From assembly GCA_017391525.1 (NCBI GenBank), contig JAFOYE010000012.1, positions 1-64,000 of the forward strand: DNA of 64,000 nucleotides, in the 5' to 3' direction. A program made the position numbers and the translations under genes. The notes below the pieces were generated by a model. That model was not told the DNA's origin and searched no databases. It worked only from the letters and a program-made list of their open reading frames with translations. The stretch's first letter is position 1; each line of letters begins with the position of its first letter. This stretch comes from Paludibacteraceae bacterium. GTDB lineage: Bacteria > Bacteroidota > Bacteroidia > Bacteroidales > Paludibacteraceae. Below, piece by piece: positions 1 through 8,864 of this stretch.

Positions 1-171
1 ATTCTGAACAGCAGCTTTGCTGCGCTGAACAGACGCTCCCAGCGTCGTTGAACCCTCCAAATCCGCTTCCATGCGAATTTGGAGTTTGTCGCTCACAATG
101 TCATGCCTCAAACGCCTGAATTGTAGGTAGTTGTCTTCAATATACTTGATGACGGCTTCTTGTTTGGTCAT
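1..171 (-). CDS. hypothetical protein, N-terminal part only (gene runs off the window start)
   Basis: Minus-strand ATG at 169-171 opens a frame reading MTKQEAVIKYIEDNYLQFRRLRHDIVSDKLQ... that stays open to position 1. It overlaps the 3' end of the upstream HTH gene by 35 nt. Confidence 0.35.
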   Translation of the reverse strand, partial: MTKQEAVIKYIEDNYLQFRRLRHDIVSDKLQIRMEADLEGSTTLGASVQRSKAAVQN

Positions 172-409
172 GTTTTTTCTTTTGTATTATAGGTTGCTCT
201 ATTAGTTCTTGCCAACTGATATTCAGCCATTTCTTCCAGATCACTACATAATCAATGGCTATAGCTGTTGGTGTGTTTATCATTCGGTGAAATTGCGATT
301 TGTCCATATTGATAGCATCTGCGAAATCTTGTTGCCTGAGACTTCGATTTTCGCTAAGAATACGTTTGATATTCTCTCGAACATTATCAGATATGGTCAA
401 ATCATTCAT
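137..409 (-). CDS. XRE-family helix-turn-helix transcriptional regulator
   Basis: 90-aa ORF. The N-terminus (NVRENIKRILSENRSLRQQDFADAINMDKSQFHRMI) has the classic HTH_XRE pattern. Confidence 0.6.
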   Translation of the reverse strand: MNDLTISDNVRENIKRILSENRSLRQQDFADAINMDKSQFHRMINTPTAIAIDYVVIWKKWLNISWQELIEQPIIQKKKHDQTRSRHQVY

Positions 410-852
410 GTCGCAAAATTACTGCTTTTATTTGACATAGCGGTTGACGATTTATCAACAAATGACAATGGCTATAAAAAATCTCCTAGACCATGCACAA
501 ACATAATCGAGTAGGAGGAAAACGATGTAGTTTTTCTCCTACTTTCGTTTTCCGACCTCTCACACCACCGTACATGCGGTTCCGCATACGGCGGTTCTTC
601 GTTTACGATACCAGAATGTAATAATCCAAAAGGCAACGATAGCCTGCTCGATAAAGTTTTTGCTTACTCATCGCAAGAAATTCCGGACATTTTTACGCTT
701 TTACTCCGAACTTTTTTGTATTTTCATGATAATAAGAATGAGGGAATACTTTTTCCTCGGATTATGGGCGAAATGTATACACTTCGATGCGTAACTTCGT
801 ACCACCTGCTCAGCACCAAGTGGGACAAGGAGTAATGCCTTATCTATATAAT

Positions 853-888
853 GCAAAAAAAGCAATCCATTCGGGTTGCTTTTTTTGT
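853..888. terminator. bidirectional rho-independent terminator hairpin
   Basis: AGCAATCC-ATTC-GGGTTGCT forms an 8-bp stem. It has an A-run upstream and a T-run downstream. Confidence 0.5.
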
Positions 889-904
889 TATCTCGCCTCT
901 CGCC

Positions 905-1132
905 TTATTTCTCACGCGCATCCTTGATGCGCTCTTTGGCTTCAGCTTTGCGCCACCAATACACCGCTTGAGCATGGTCTTGATCTACGCTTAATCCATA
1001 ATCGAAGCAAATAGCTACATTATATTGCGCATTAACATTACCTTTCTCGGCAGCTTTGAGATATTTTCTGACATTTGCCATTCCTGGCTATGCAAGAAGA
1101 ACAATAAGGACAGATAGGATGACTTTTTTCAT
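905..1132 (-). pseudogene. Sel1-repeat lipoprotein gene interrupted by an in-frame TAG at codon 15
   Basis: Translation is MKKVILSVLIVLLA-TAG-PGMANVRKYLKAAEKGNVNAQYNVAICFDYGLSVDQDHAQAVYWWRKAEAKERIKDAREK. The stop sits where the lipobox Cys is expected. The downstream sequence is a Sel1 repeat like the intact gene at 11918-12349. Confidence 0.4.
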
Positions 1133-1281
1133 AACATTTTTATTTTTAAGGTTTCAGAATTTCATGCTTCGCTATTCATGCGCTGCGAGCTTGTTAAAGT
1201 TTATTGGCAGCAAAGTTAGTGGTTATTTTTGAAATATACAACTTTCTTTGTATTTTTCTTGCGTATGTGCATTTTTTGTCG

Positions 1282-1289
1282 TACCTTTG
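1282..1289 (+). promoter_or_regulatory. Bacteroidetes-type -7 box TACCTTTG
   Basis: TAnnTTTG motif lies 37 nt upstream of the ATG at 1326. Confidence 0.4.
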
Positions 1290-1325
1290 CAGACATCTTA
1301 GTAATAACCATTAAAACATTATCTT

Positions 1326-1889
1326 ATGAAAAAACTTGTGACATTATGCTTGCTTGCATTGATACTTGCCCCTATTAACGCTGGTGTGATTAAAACAGTT
1401 GAACTAATATCAATCGCTCTTTCTGATAATCCTTCTCAATTAGTACCAAAGACAAACATCCAATCTGTACCCACATCTATTGCTACACAAAAGATTAATC
1501 GTTTAAATAATTTACTTATAAGCAGCAAAGATATACCAAATCATTTAAAAACTAGAAAAGCAAAAACCATACCAGCCCAACTCAACAACAACTCTACAAA
1601 AGGTAACTCATCTATTGAGAACAACGAATCAAGCAATGAGTTAACCACAAAACATGACACATCGAAATCAAATCTAGATTATACTACTGCGCCAAATAAA
1701 ATTGAAGACCAATTGGTTGCAAGTTATACCGAACCAGTCTATATAGACCTTGAGAAAGATCAGCCTTCACAACCAAAACAAGTAAATACATCGGTGATTA
1801 TCATAGAGGTCATTGCAATCATCATTATTGCGATTATCATATATTATTTATGGCGTCATTACCGCAAAACTACGGCAAAAAAAGAATAA
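1326..1889 (+). CDS. hypothetical secreted S/T/N-rich protein with a C-terminal membrane anchor
   Basis: Signal peptide MKKLVTLCLLALILAPINA. The middle is low-complexity polar sequence. The C-terminus has an IIIEVIAIIIIAIIIYYLW transmembrane segment. Confidence 0.5.
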   Translation: MKKLVTLCLLALILAPINAGVIKTVELISIALSDNPSQLVPKTNIQSVPTSIATQKINRLNNLLISSKDIPNHLKTRKAKTIPAQLNNNSTKGNSSIENNESSNELTTKHDTSKSNLDYTTAPNKIEDQLVASYTEPVYIDLEKDQPSQPKQVNTSVIIIEVIAIIIIAIIIYYLWRHYRKTTAKKE

Positions 1890-2117
1890 TTAAGCTAAAG
1901 GTAAAGCCACAAAGTTACTATTTATTTTATTCTTACAGGAGAAACTACTTTACTAGAACCTTGAATTATAATTTTTTAACCAAACGTACTGATAATCCGC
2001 TAAAAATGCCAAAATTAGAAATGTCTATATCCCTTGAACCAAAGCATAAGATCCATACATAGAATTCTCCACAGGGATTGGACGACCAATAGAAACCGTC
2101 TGTACCAACAAATTTTA

Positions 2118-2200
2118 AATAAGTTGTGAAGAATGTTGAATGTTGAGAGTTGAAAGTTGAGAGTTGAGAGGCGAAAGGCGAGAGGAATTTGTGAATATCT
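2118..2200. repeat. purine-rich dispersed intergenic repeat (GTTGAAAGTTGAGAG / GGCGAAAGGCGAGAGG family)
   Basis: Sequence reads gttgaatgttgagagttgaaagttgagagttgagaggcgaaaggcgagagg. The same motifs recur at 4385-4543, 6361-6445, 8521-8580, 20991-21050, 22095-22140, 30506-30600 and 52590-52790. Confidence 0.6.
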
Positions 2201-2401
2201 ATGGATCGCAAAAATCGAGTGGGAGCAGAAAGTAGCAGAATTATTACCGATTTTTTGGTTTATTGATAAAAAAGTTGTACTTTTGCGGTTGAAATTTCAA
2301 AAATGATATTTATGCAGAAGGCTAAAAACATTTGGTAATGGTCAAAATTGTCAATATACATTAAAGCATCTTAAAAGAAATAAGTAACTATAAAATACAT
2401 A

Positions 2402-4321
2402 ATGATTATGAAAAAAGTATTCCTGATATTGGTATTAGCGATGAACGTCATGACGATGATGGCAGAAGAGTTTAAGATCGGCAAACTGACATTTGAAATT
2501 ACATCGCCAACTGAGGTTCGTCTGCGGAATGCTGCTGATGATATCACAACAGTATATCTTGGCGAGACCATCGATTATCAAGGCAAAATGTATACGGTAA
2601 CGAGTATTGAATTGTATGCGTTCGAAGGTTGCTCCTCATTGACTTCTATTGCTATCCCTAATAGCGTAACGAGTATTGAAGAGGGGGCGTTCAAGGATTG
2701 CTCCTCATTGACTTCTGTGACTATTCCTAATGGCGTAACAGAGATTGAATGGTATGCGTTCGATGGTTGCTCCTCATTGACTTCTATTGCTATCCCTAAT
2801 AGCGTAACGAGTATTGGAACTCGGGCGTTCTCGGGTACTGCACTCTATAATAATCGGTCTAATTGGGAGAATGGAGCATTGTATATCAATGATTGTTTAA
2901 TAGCGGTTGATACCAATTCCGTAGGTCATTACAAGATTAAAGACAACACACGCTTGATTGGAGGCGATGCGTTCGCTTATTGCTCCTCTTTGACTTCTAT
3001 TACTATCCCTAATAACGTAACGAGTATTGGGCGGGGGGCGTTCTATGAATGCTCCTCATTGAGTTCCGTCACTATCCCTAATAGCGTAACGAGTATTGGA
3101 GATTGGGCGTTCTGTGGTTGCTCCGCATTAACTTCCGTGACTATTCCTAATAGCGTAACAGAGATTGGATGGAATGCGTTCTATGGTTGCTCCTCATTGA
3201 CTTCCGTCAGTATACCTAATAGCGTAACGAGTATTGGAGTGGGTGCGTTCCATGAATGCTCCTCATTGAATTCGGTGACTATCCCTAATAGCGTAACGAG
3301 TTTTGGAGAGGGTGCGTTCTATGAATGCTCCTCATTGAATTCGGTGACTATCCCTAATAGCGTAACGAGTATTGGATGGGGGGCGTTCGAGGGTACTGCA
3401 CTCTATAATAATCGGTCTAATTGGGAGAATGGAGCATTGTATATCAATGATTGTTTAATAGCGGTTGATACCAATTTCGTAGGTCATTACAAGATTAAAG
3501 ACAACACGCGCTTGATTGGAGGTGGAGCGTTCAAGGGTTGCTCCTCATTGACTTCGGTTGCTATCCCTAATAGCGTAACGAGTATAGGAGGGGAAGCGTT
3601 CAGGGGTTGCTCATCGCTGACTTCCGTGACTATTCCTAATAGTGTAACGAGTATTGCCAGGTTTGCGTTCTGGGGTTGCTCCGCATTGACTTCCGTGAGG
3701 ATTCCTAATAGCGTAACAGAGATTGGAGAGAATGCGTTCTCGGGTTGCTCATCTTTGAGGTCTGTTACTATCCCCAATAGCGTAACAAGTATTGGATGGA
3801 ATGCGTTCGAGGGTTGCTCCTCATTGACTTCGGTGACTATCCCTAATAGCGTAACAGAGATTGGAGTCGATGCGTTCGAGGATTGCCGCGCATTGACCTC
3901 TGTGACGATCCCTAATAGCGTAACGAGTATTGGAACTCGGGCGTTCTCTCGTTGCTTCTCATTGACGTCTATTACTATCCCTAATAGCGTAACAAGTATT
4001 GGAGAGGGTGCGTTCTCGGGTTGCTCCTCGCTAACTTCCTTGACTATCCCTGATGGCGTAACGAGTATTGGATGGGGTGCGTTCAGGGGTTGCTCCTCGC
4101 TCACTTCCGTGACTATTCCTAATAGCGTAACGAGTATAGAAGGTAGTACGTTCGAGGGTTGCAAATCTTTGACCTCCATCACTATTCCTAATAGCGTAAC
4201 GAGTATAGGAGAGGAAGCGTTCTATGGTTGCTCCTCATTGAGTTCCGTCACTATCCCTAATAGCGTAAAAGAGATTGGAGAGGAGGCATTTCCTGAGCGT
4301 ACTCAAATTATTCGTCAATAA
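2402..4321 (+). CDS. BspA-like leucine-rich-repeat cell-surface protein
   Basis: 639-aa ORF with an N-terminal signal peptide. About 25 tandem 23-aa units of the form IPNSVTSIGxxAFxGCSSLTSVT match the Bacteroidetes LRR_5 / BspA pattern. Confidence 0.8.
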   Translation: MIMKKVFLILVLAMNVMTMMAEEFKIGKLTFEITSPTEVRLRNAADDITTVYLGETIDYQGKMYTVTSIELYAFEGCSSLTSIAIPNSVTSIEEGAFKDCSSLTSVTIPNGVTEIEWYAFDGCSSLTSIAIPNSVTSIGTRAFSGTALYNNRSNWENGALYINDCLIAVDTNSVGHYKIKDNTRLIGGDAFAYCSSLTSITIPNNVTSIGRGAFYECSSLSSVTIPNSVTSIGDWAFCGCSALTSVTIPNSVTEIGWNAFYGCSSLTSVSIPNSVTSIGVGAFHECSSLNSVTIPNSVTSFGEGAFYECSSLNSVTIPNSVTSIGWGAFEGTALYNNRSNWENGALYINDCLIAVDTNFVGHYKIKDNTRLIGGGAFKGCSSLTSVAIPNSVTSIGGEAFRGCSSLTSVTIPNSVTSIARFAFWGCSALTSVRIPNSVTEIGENAFSGCSSLRSVTIPNSVTSIGWNAFEGCSSLTSVTIPNSVTEIGVDAFEDCRALTSVTIPNSVTSIGTRAFSRCFSLTSITIPNSVTSIGEGAFSGCSSLTSLTIPDGVTSIGWGAFRGCSSLTSVTIPNSVTSIEGSTFEGCKSLTSITIPNSVTSIGEEAFYGCSSLSSVTIPNSVKEIGEEAFPERTQIIRQ

Positions 4322-4384
4322 TCCCGACTCCATATCTAAAGCACAGGAGCACGCCGTGAGCGTGCTCTTGTTGTGCTATCTCAA

Positions 4385-4543
4385 TAAGCGAGAGCCTAGA
4401 GTTGAAAGTTGAGAGTTGAGAGGCGAGAGGCGAAAGGCGATAAGGCGGGGAATAGAAGAGACGAGTAAGGGCTCGTCTCGTTTGGTGTAGGGTGTAGAGT
4501 GTAGGGTGTAAAGGCGAGAGGCGAAAGGCGAGAGTTGAGGGTT
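4385..4543. repeat. purine-rich dispersed repeat cluster
   Basis: GTTGAAAGTTGAGAGTTGAGAGGCGAGAGGCGAAAGGCGA ... GGTGTAGGGTGTAGAGTGTAGGGTGTAAAGGCGAGAGGCGAAAGGCGAGAGTTGAGGGTTGAAAGTTGAG. The segment is roughly symmetric around a GACGAGTAAGGGCTCGTC hairpin. Confidence 0.6.
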
Positions 4544-4690
4544 GAAAGTTGAGAAGTTAGACCATTCGCTTCGCTCATTGTTAGAAATTAGACTCTAGAA
4601 ATCTAACAGCCCGCAGGGCGGTCTAACAACGCAGTGGTCTAACAGGCGCAGCCGATCTAACAACGCAGTGGTCTGACTTGTGAAAGTTGA
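4544..4690. repeat. ~147-bp direct repeat, copy A (GGTCTAACA-containing)
   Basis: Near-identical to 6445-6591: ...cgcttcgctcattgttagaa(a/g)tta(g/t)actctagaaatctaacagcccgcagggcggtctaacaacgcagtggtctaacaggcgcagccgatctaacaacgcagtggtctgacttgtgaaagttga. Confidence 0.85.
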
Positions 4691-4992
4691 AAGGCGATGA
4701 GGCTATTGAGGCCGCCTACAGCTGTTCTAAGCGCTGCGCTGTTCTAAGGGTTTTAGTCGCTGCGCCGCCCTGCCATGCGTATGGGGTATCTATAGAAAAC
4801 TACGTTTTAAACGTTTATCATTTTTACCGTCACCTCGGATACTCAGTGCGCCCAGTTTGCCAATAAACACAATTAAATATTAAAATACAAGCAATTTCTT
4901 CGGCACGAGTAAACTTTTTTTCTAAAAACCACCACAAGCGGGAAGCGATTGACACATCACTTCCCGCTTGTGGTATTATCACATAATCCGTG

Positions 4993-5694
4993 TTACTCCA
5001 ACTCTGCAACCAACGGACAAAGTGCAAATAGTTCTAGCGCAGAAGCAGTTTCTGGAATCAGTTGTTCTCGTGCAAAGTTTTTAGATTGGTTATCCAACAA
5101 CACTTCGCCTAATCCTTGCATCAATACGCGCGAACTATACGAACGAACTTTCTCGGCACATTGCAAAGCGTAATCACTAACCGACATACCAGTGCGAAGT
5201 TGCACTATCTCAGCGTTAATCTCTGTACGATTTTGCAAAAAGAACCACACATCGTAAATATCACGAGGAGTGATACGCTCACCCAATGCACATAATTTGT
5301 GGGCAAACATATCAGCAAGTGTCATCACACGAATATCCGTTCCAAGTAGAGAACGTATCTCATAATGATTGGGATATTCACGATTACTTACTTCCACCTT
5401 CAACATTCGTTCACCCTTGCCATAGTTAAGTACCAAAAGTGGACCATAAAACTTCAAGGCTTCATCATCTATCGTACCAAATTTTAACAAAATATTATGT
5501 AGCTCATTATACACATATTCTGTCTTTGAGGCATCCAACAAGTTGAAGTCCAAATCTGTAGAAAAACGTGTAAGATTGTGAAACATCATAAGTGAAGTTC
5601 CACCTTTAAATGCCAGCAATGTGCTGAGTTGAGGATGACGAAAAATAGCAAGTAACACTTGCATCATATAATAACGATGTTTATTAACGTCCAT
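4993..5694 (-). CDS. abiEii: AbiEii/DUF1814-family nucleotidyltransferase toxin (type IV toxin–antitoxin system)
   Basis: 233-aa ORF. The AFKGGTSL...RFSTDLDF motif matches the AbiEii nucleotidyltransferase GGTxL...DxDF signature. It lies 4 nt downstream of the abiEi-like gene. Confidence 0.7.
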   Translation of the reverse strand: MDVNKHRYYMMQVLLAIFRHPQLSTLLAFKGGTSLMMFHNLTRFSTDLDFNLLDASKTEYVYNELHNILLKFGTIDDEALKFYGPLLVLNYGKGERMLKVEVSNREYPNHYEIRSLLGTDIRVMTLADMFAHKLCALGERITPRDIYDVWFFLQNRTEINAEIVQLRTGMSVSDYALQCAEKVRSYSSRVLMQGLGEVLLDNQSKNFAREQLIPETASALELFALCPLVAELE

Positions 5695-5698
5695 AGTG

Positions 5699-6259
5699 TT
5701 ATTCTTTGAGTAACGCTTCTACGCGTTTGGTTAGTACTTTTGAATTATAAGTTGGTAAGATTTCTTGGATTAAATCTCTATTGAGCGGATGTAAATTATC
5801 AAAATAGCATTGCCCCGCACTGAGATACACCATATCCAAAAACGCACGTTCAGGAGTGGCTATGGCAATATTGTCACGTTGTTCTATGCCCAACATATTT
5901 GCCCAAATCATAGGGTTAATCTTGCGGAATACATACGAGCGACCATCTACATCAATGGTGCGATTTTGGTAACTAATGCAGGTAATCTCTGAACTATATT
6001 GAAAGGTTACACCTGCACGAGCAAGAACATATTCCAACGAAATGTACGAAGGACTCAATATCGTACATGCCATCTCTTGCTCTTCATATTTAAGCTTGGT
6101 ATAGATACCCTTGCGAGGGTTAAGAAGCACTCCTTTCTTGGCATAATACATCAACGAACGAGATAATGACTCTCGGTCGCGTATGTTATCTTGGAGTGCC
6201 AACCACTGAGGTGTAAAGACCGTTCGTGGATTAGACAATATTACACTTAAAACATCCAT
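5699..6259 (-). CDS. abiEi: AbiEi-family antitoxin / transcriptional regulator
   Basis: 186 aa. The N-terminus is winged-HTH-like. A C-terminal RAFLDMVYL-type segment is typical of AbiEi. It sits directly upstream of the nucleotidyltransferase gene. Confidence 0.6.
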   Translation of the reverse strand: MDVLSVILSNPRTVFTPQWLALQDNIRDRESLSRSLMYYAKKGVLLNPRKGIYTKLKYEEQEMACTILSPSYISLEYVLARAGVTFQYSSEITCISYQNRTIDVDGRSYVFRKINPMIWANMLGIEQRDNIAIATPERAFLDMVYLSAGQCYFDNLHPLNRDLIQEILPTYNSKVLTKRVEALLKE

Positions 6260-6444
6260 TTGTGAGCTGTATATGAAAATAATTTGTAGTTTCAGCGCAC
6301 AAAGGTACTACTTTTATTTGATATACGCAAGAGATTGACAAAAAAAACATCTTCCGCACTACATTCTGTACTTGGGCGAGGAGGCGAGAGTTGAGAGTTC
6401 TTATCTCGCCTTTGCTCGAACGATCACTCGCAGAGCTCGTGTAC

Positions 6445-6591
6445 GAAAGTTGAGAAGTTAGACAATTCGCTTCGCTCATTGTTAGAAGTTATACTCTAGA
6501 AATCTAACAGCCCGCAGGGCGGTCTAACAACGCAGTGGTCTAACAGGCGCAGCCGATCTAACAACGCAGTGGTCTGACTTGTGAAAGTTGA
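6445..6591. repeat. ~147-bp direct repeat, copy B
   Basis: See copy A at 4544-4690. The two copies bracket the abiEi/abiEii pair. Confidence 0.85.
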
Positions 6592-6668
6592 GAATTGAGA
6601 GGCGAGGAGAAAACAAAACGAGCCACCTTAGCGGGTGACTCGTTTTGTGTTTATAGGATAAATGTTGA

Positions 6669-7550
6669 TTACTTACGGATGATTTTTGTGCGATATGGGA
6701 AAGCCCAATCTCCAATCTCCGTGTGTGCCGGTACGGAAACCGAAGTCAAACTAGAGCAACCAGAGAACGCACTCCTTCCTATACTCGTTACGCTATTAGG
6801 GATAGTGATAGAAGTCAAACCAGTGCAAACAAGGAACGCACTCTCTCCAATACTCTTTACGCTATTAGGGATCGAAACAGAAGTCAAACCAGAGCAATAA
6901 TCGAACGCAAAATCTCCAATACTGGTTACACTATTAGGGATAGTGACCGAAGTCAAACCATTGCAATACTGGAACGCATGTTCTGCAATACTCTTTACGC
7001 TATTAGGGATAGTGATAGAAGTCAAACTTTTGCAACCTCTGAACGCACCCCATCCAATACTCGTTACGCTATTAGGGATAGTGACAGAAGTCAAACCTTC
7101 GCACCAAGCGAACGCACACTCTTCAATACTCGTTACGCTGCTAGGGATAGTGACAGAAGTCAAACTTTTGCAATCATGGAACGCAGAACTTCCTATCTCC
7201 GTTACGCTATTAGGGATAGTGATAGAAGTCAAACTAGAGCAACCAGCGAACGCCCAACTTCCAATCTCCGTTACGCTATTAGGGATAGTGATGGAAGTCA
7301 AATTTCTGCATTCACGGAACGCATCATCATCGATTACTACAACATAGTATGTGGCATCATTATATCTAACCTTTGACGGGATAACAAGATCGCCGTTAAT
7401 GGATCGGTGGGATTCGTGATAAACCAAAACGACACTATTGTCATTGATTATCTTATAATGCAACCCATTGTATTCAAATTCTACATCAGAGCAAGAGAAC
7501 AGCCCCAATGCCAATACTAGCATCAAGCTAAAAAAGATTATTTTTTTCAT
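6669..7550 (-). CDS. BspA-like leucine-rich-repeat lipoprotein (paralog of the gene at 2402-4321)
   Basis: 293 aa. Lipoprotein signal MKKIIFFSLMLVLALGLFSC. Tandem IPNSVTSIGxxAFxGCxSLTSxT units. The C-terminus FPYRTKIIRK resembles the first LRR gene's FPERTQIIRQ. Confidence 0.8.
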   Translation of the reverse strand: MKKIIFFSLMLVLALGLFSCSDVEFEYNGLHYKIINDNSVVLVYHESHRSINGDLVIPSKVRYNDATYYVVVIDDDAFRECRNLTSITIPNSVTEIGSWAFAGCSSLTSITIPNSVTEIGSSAFHDCKSLTSVTIPSSVTSIEECAFAWCEGLTSVTIPNSVTSIGWGAFRGCKSLTSITIPNSVKSIAEHAFQYCNGLTSVTIPNSVTSIGDFAFDYCSGLTSVSIPNSVKSIGESAFLVCTGLTSITIPNSVTSIGRSAFSGCSSLTSVSVPAHTEIGDWAFPYRTKIIRK

Positions 7551-7810
7551 AAGTCGAAAGATTAAATTTTCCGCAAAGTTACAACTTTTTTTTCAATAAA
7601 GCAAAAAAATGCTCCACACGGCGCATTTTATTGCTAAAAATCTTAAAACCTCTAAACTCCCCAAACCTCTGAAACTTTTGAAAATTTTCCCCACCCTCTT
7701 GCCAGAATAAAAAAAAAGTTGTAATTTTGCGCCGTGGAAGGGTATGAACCAATAAAACACAACAAACTATACCCTATTTATATAAAACAACAATCAAAAA
7801 CAACACTACC

Positions 7811-8146
7811 ATGAAAGAATTGAACGACACACCAACATCTACAAACACTAGCATTATCTTAGCAACCATCGCTCTCATTGCAAGTATCATAGGAACTGCA
7901 ATGTTAGTTTATCTAGTTTTTATTTTCATTTTAGATGGTATCTTCTCGTTGCAAATAATCCCAATGTCTGTATGCGTAGGAATTAACATTGTGGCATATA
8001 TCTTAGGAAGTATTGTAGAACTCAAAGAAGACTGCAACGATTCTGTCGCAGACAAACGTGCTGGAAAAGCAAAATCGATTGCTGGCTTGGGAATAGGTCT
8101 AGTGATTGCATTAGCCATTGTTATATACTTGCTAACCAAATTCTAA
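7811..8146 (+). CDS. small integral membrane protein (3-4 transmembrane segments)
   Basis: 111-aa hydrophobic ORF, followed by a terminator. Confidence 0.5.
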   Translation: MKELNDTPTSTNTSIILATIALIASIIGTAMLVYLVFIFILDGIFSLQIIPMSVCVGINIVAYILGSIVELKEDCNDSVADKRAGKAKSIAGLGIGLVIALAIVIYLLTKF

Positions 8147-8176
8147 CAACCCGATAGAACCATTCAGTATAAAGAA

Positions 8177-8210
8177 AAATGCGCATTTTAGTGCGCATTT
8201 TCTTTTTTTT
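8177..8210 (+). terminator. rho-independent terminator
   Basis: AAATGCGCA-TTTTAG-TGCGCATTT stem-loop followed by a T10 run. Confidence 0.6.
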
Positions 8211-8284
8211 ATTGTTATGAAAAATCTATTGCTTTTTAACTGGCTCTGGCTCTACTAGTCTGAAATTTACAGGAATCGTATAGG

Positions 8285-8441
8285 TTACACGTACTGGCTT
8301 TCCCCGTTGTATTCCTGGCTTCCATTTAGGCATGGTGCCAATCACACGTACAGCTTCCTTGGATAAAGAGGGCGTTCGTGTGATTGGCACCATGCCTAAA
8401 TGGAAGCCAGGAATACAACGGGGAAAGCCAGTACGTGTGAC
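8285..8441. repeat. inverted repeat (65-bp arms, ~27-bp spacer) made from TonB C-terminal coding sequence
   Basis: Arm 8285-8349 is the reverse complement of arm 8377-8441 with 1-2 mismatches. Confidence 0.75.
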
Positions 8442-8475
8442 TTATACTCTACCAGTTAGTTTCCGTTTACAATAA
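8356..8475 (+). pseudogene. orphan 3' fragment of a TonB-family gene (C-terminal 39 codons plus stop)
   Basis: Translates to SLDKEGVRVIGTMPKWKPGIQRGKPVRVTYTLPVSFRLQ*, the characteristic end of Bacteroidetes TonB C-terminal domains. There is no upstream coding continuation; the upstream sequence is the inverted copy. Confidence 0.55.
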
Positions 8476-8864
8476 TTTGCGATAATCATCTATAACACAA
8501 ACGAGTCACCCGCTAAGGTGGCTCGTTTTGTTTTCTCCTCGCCTTTCAACTCTCAACACTCAACTCTCAACTCTAGCGGACACGCTCCACATAGTGGAGT
8601 ATCGTGACCGCGTAATAGAACATCCACCTGAGAAGTATGTCCCGAAGTTCTATAAGTGGTGTGTTGGATTGTTATTCATGGGACTGGCAGTACTAGCAGT
8701 GATCATCACGCTCAAGATCCGCAAACGGATTCTCATCAAACGCTCTTCGTCGTAGACGAGGGGCGTTTTTTTTGTTAAGACAATTGGCGTCGTACTGCGA
8801 AGCGTTCGTTTGAGCGCAGCGAGATAAGAATTATTATCGACAATTATTGTCAATTTCCTAGAAC

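Noticed and set aside
209-514. 101-aa plus-strand ORF
   Set aside because: It lies antisense to the better-supported HTH regulator gene (137-409) and shows no recognisable motifs or upstream promoter.
3487-4182. 231-aa minus-strand ORF with repetitive LVTLLGIVTEV sequence
   Set aside because: It is the antisense reading of the tandem LRR units of the gene at 2402-4321, so its periodicity is an artefact of the sense-strand repeats. The same reasoning rejects 6595-6900, 6723-7376 and 6943-7347, which lie antisense to the LRR gene at 6669-7550.
4396-4578. small ORFs in the repeat regions (4396-4578, 6231-6479, 6524-6715, 8528-8755)
   Set aside because: They lie inside purine-rich and GGTCTAACA repeat arrays, have low-complexity translations (LSTLNSRLSPL…), and open only because the repeats lack stops. 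The C-terminal hydrophobic stretch in 8528-8755 could in principle be a tiny membrane protein, but there is no start context.
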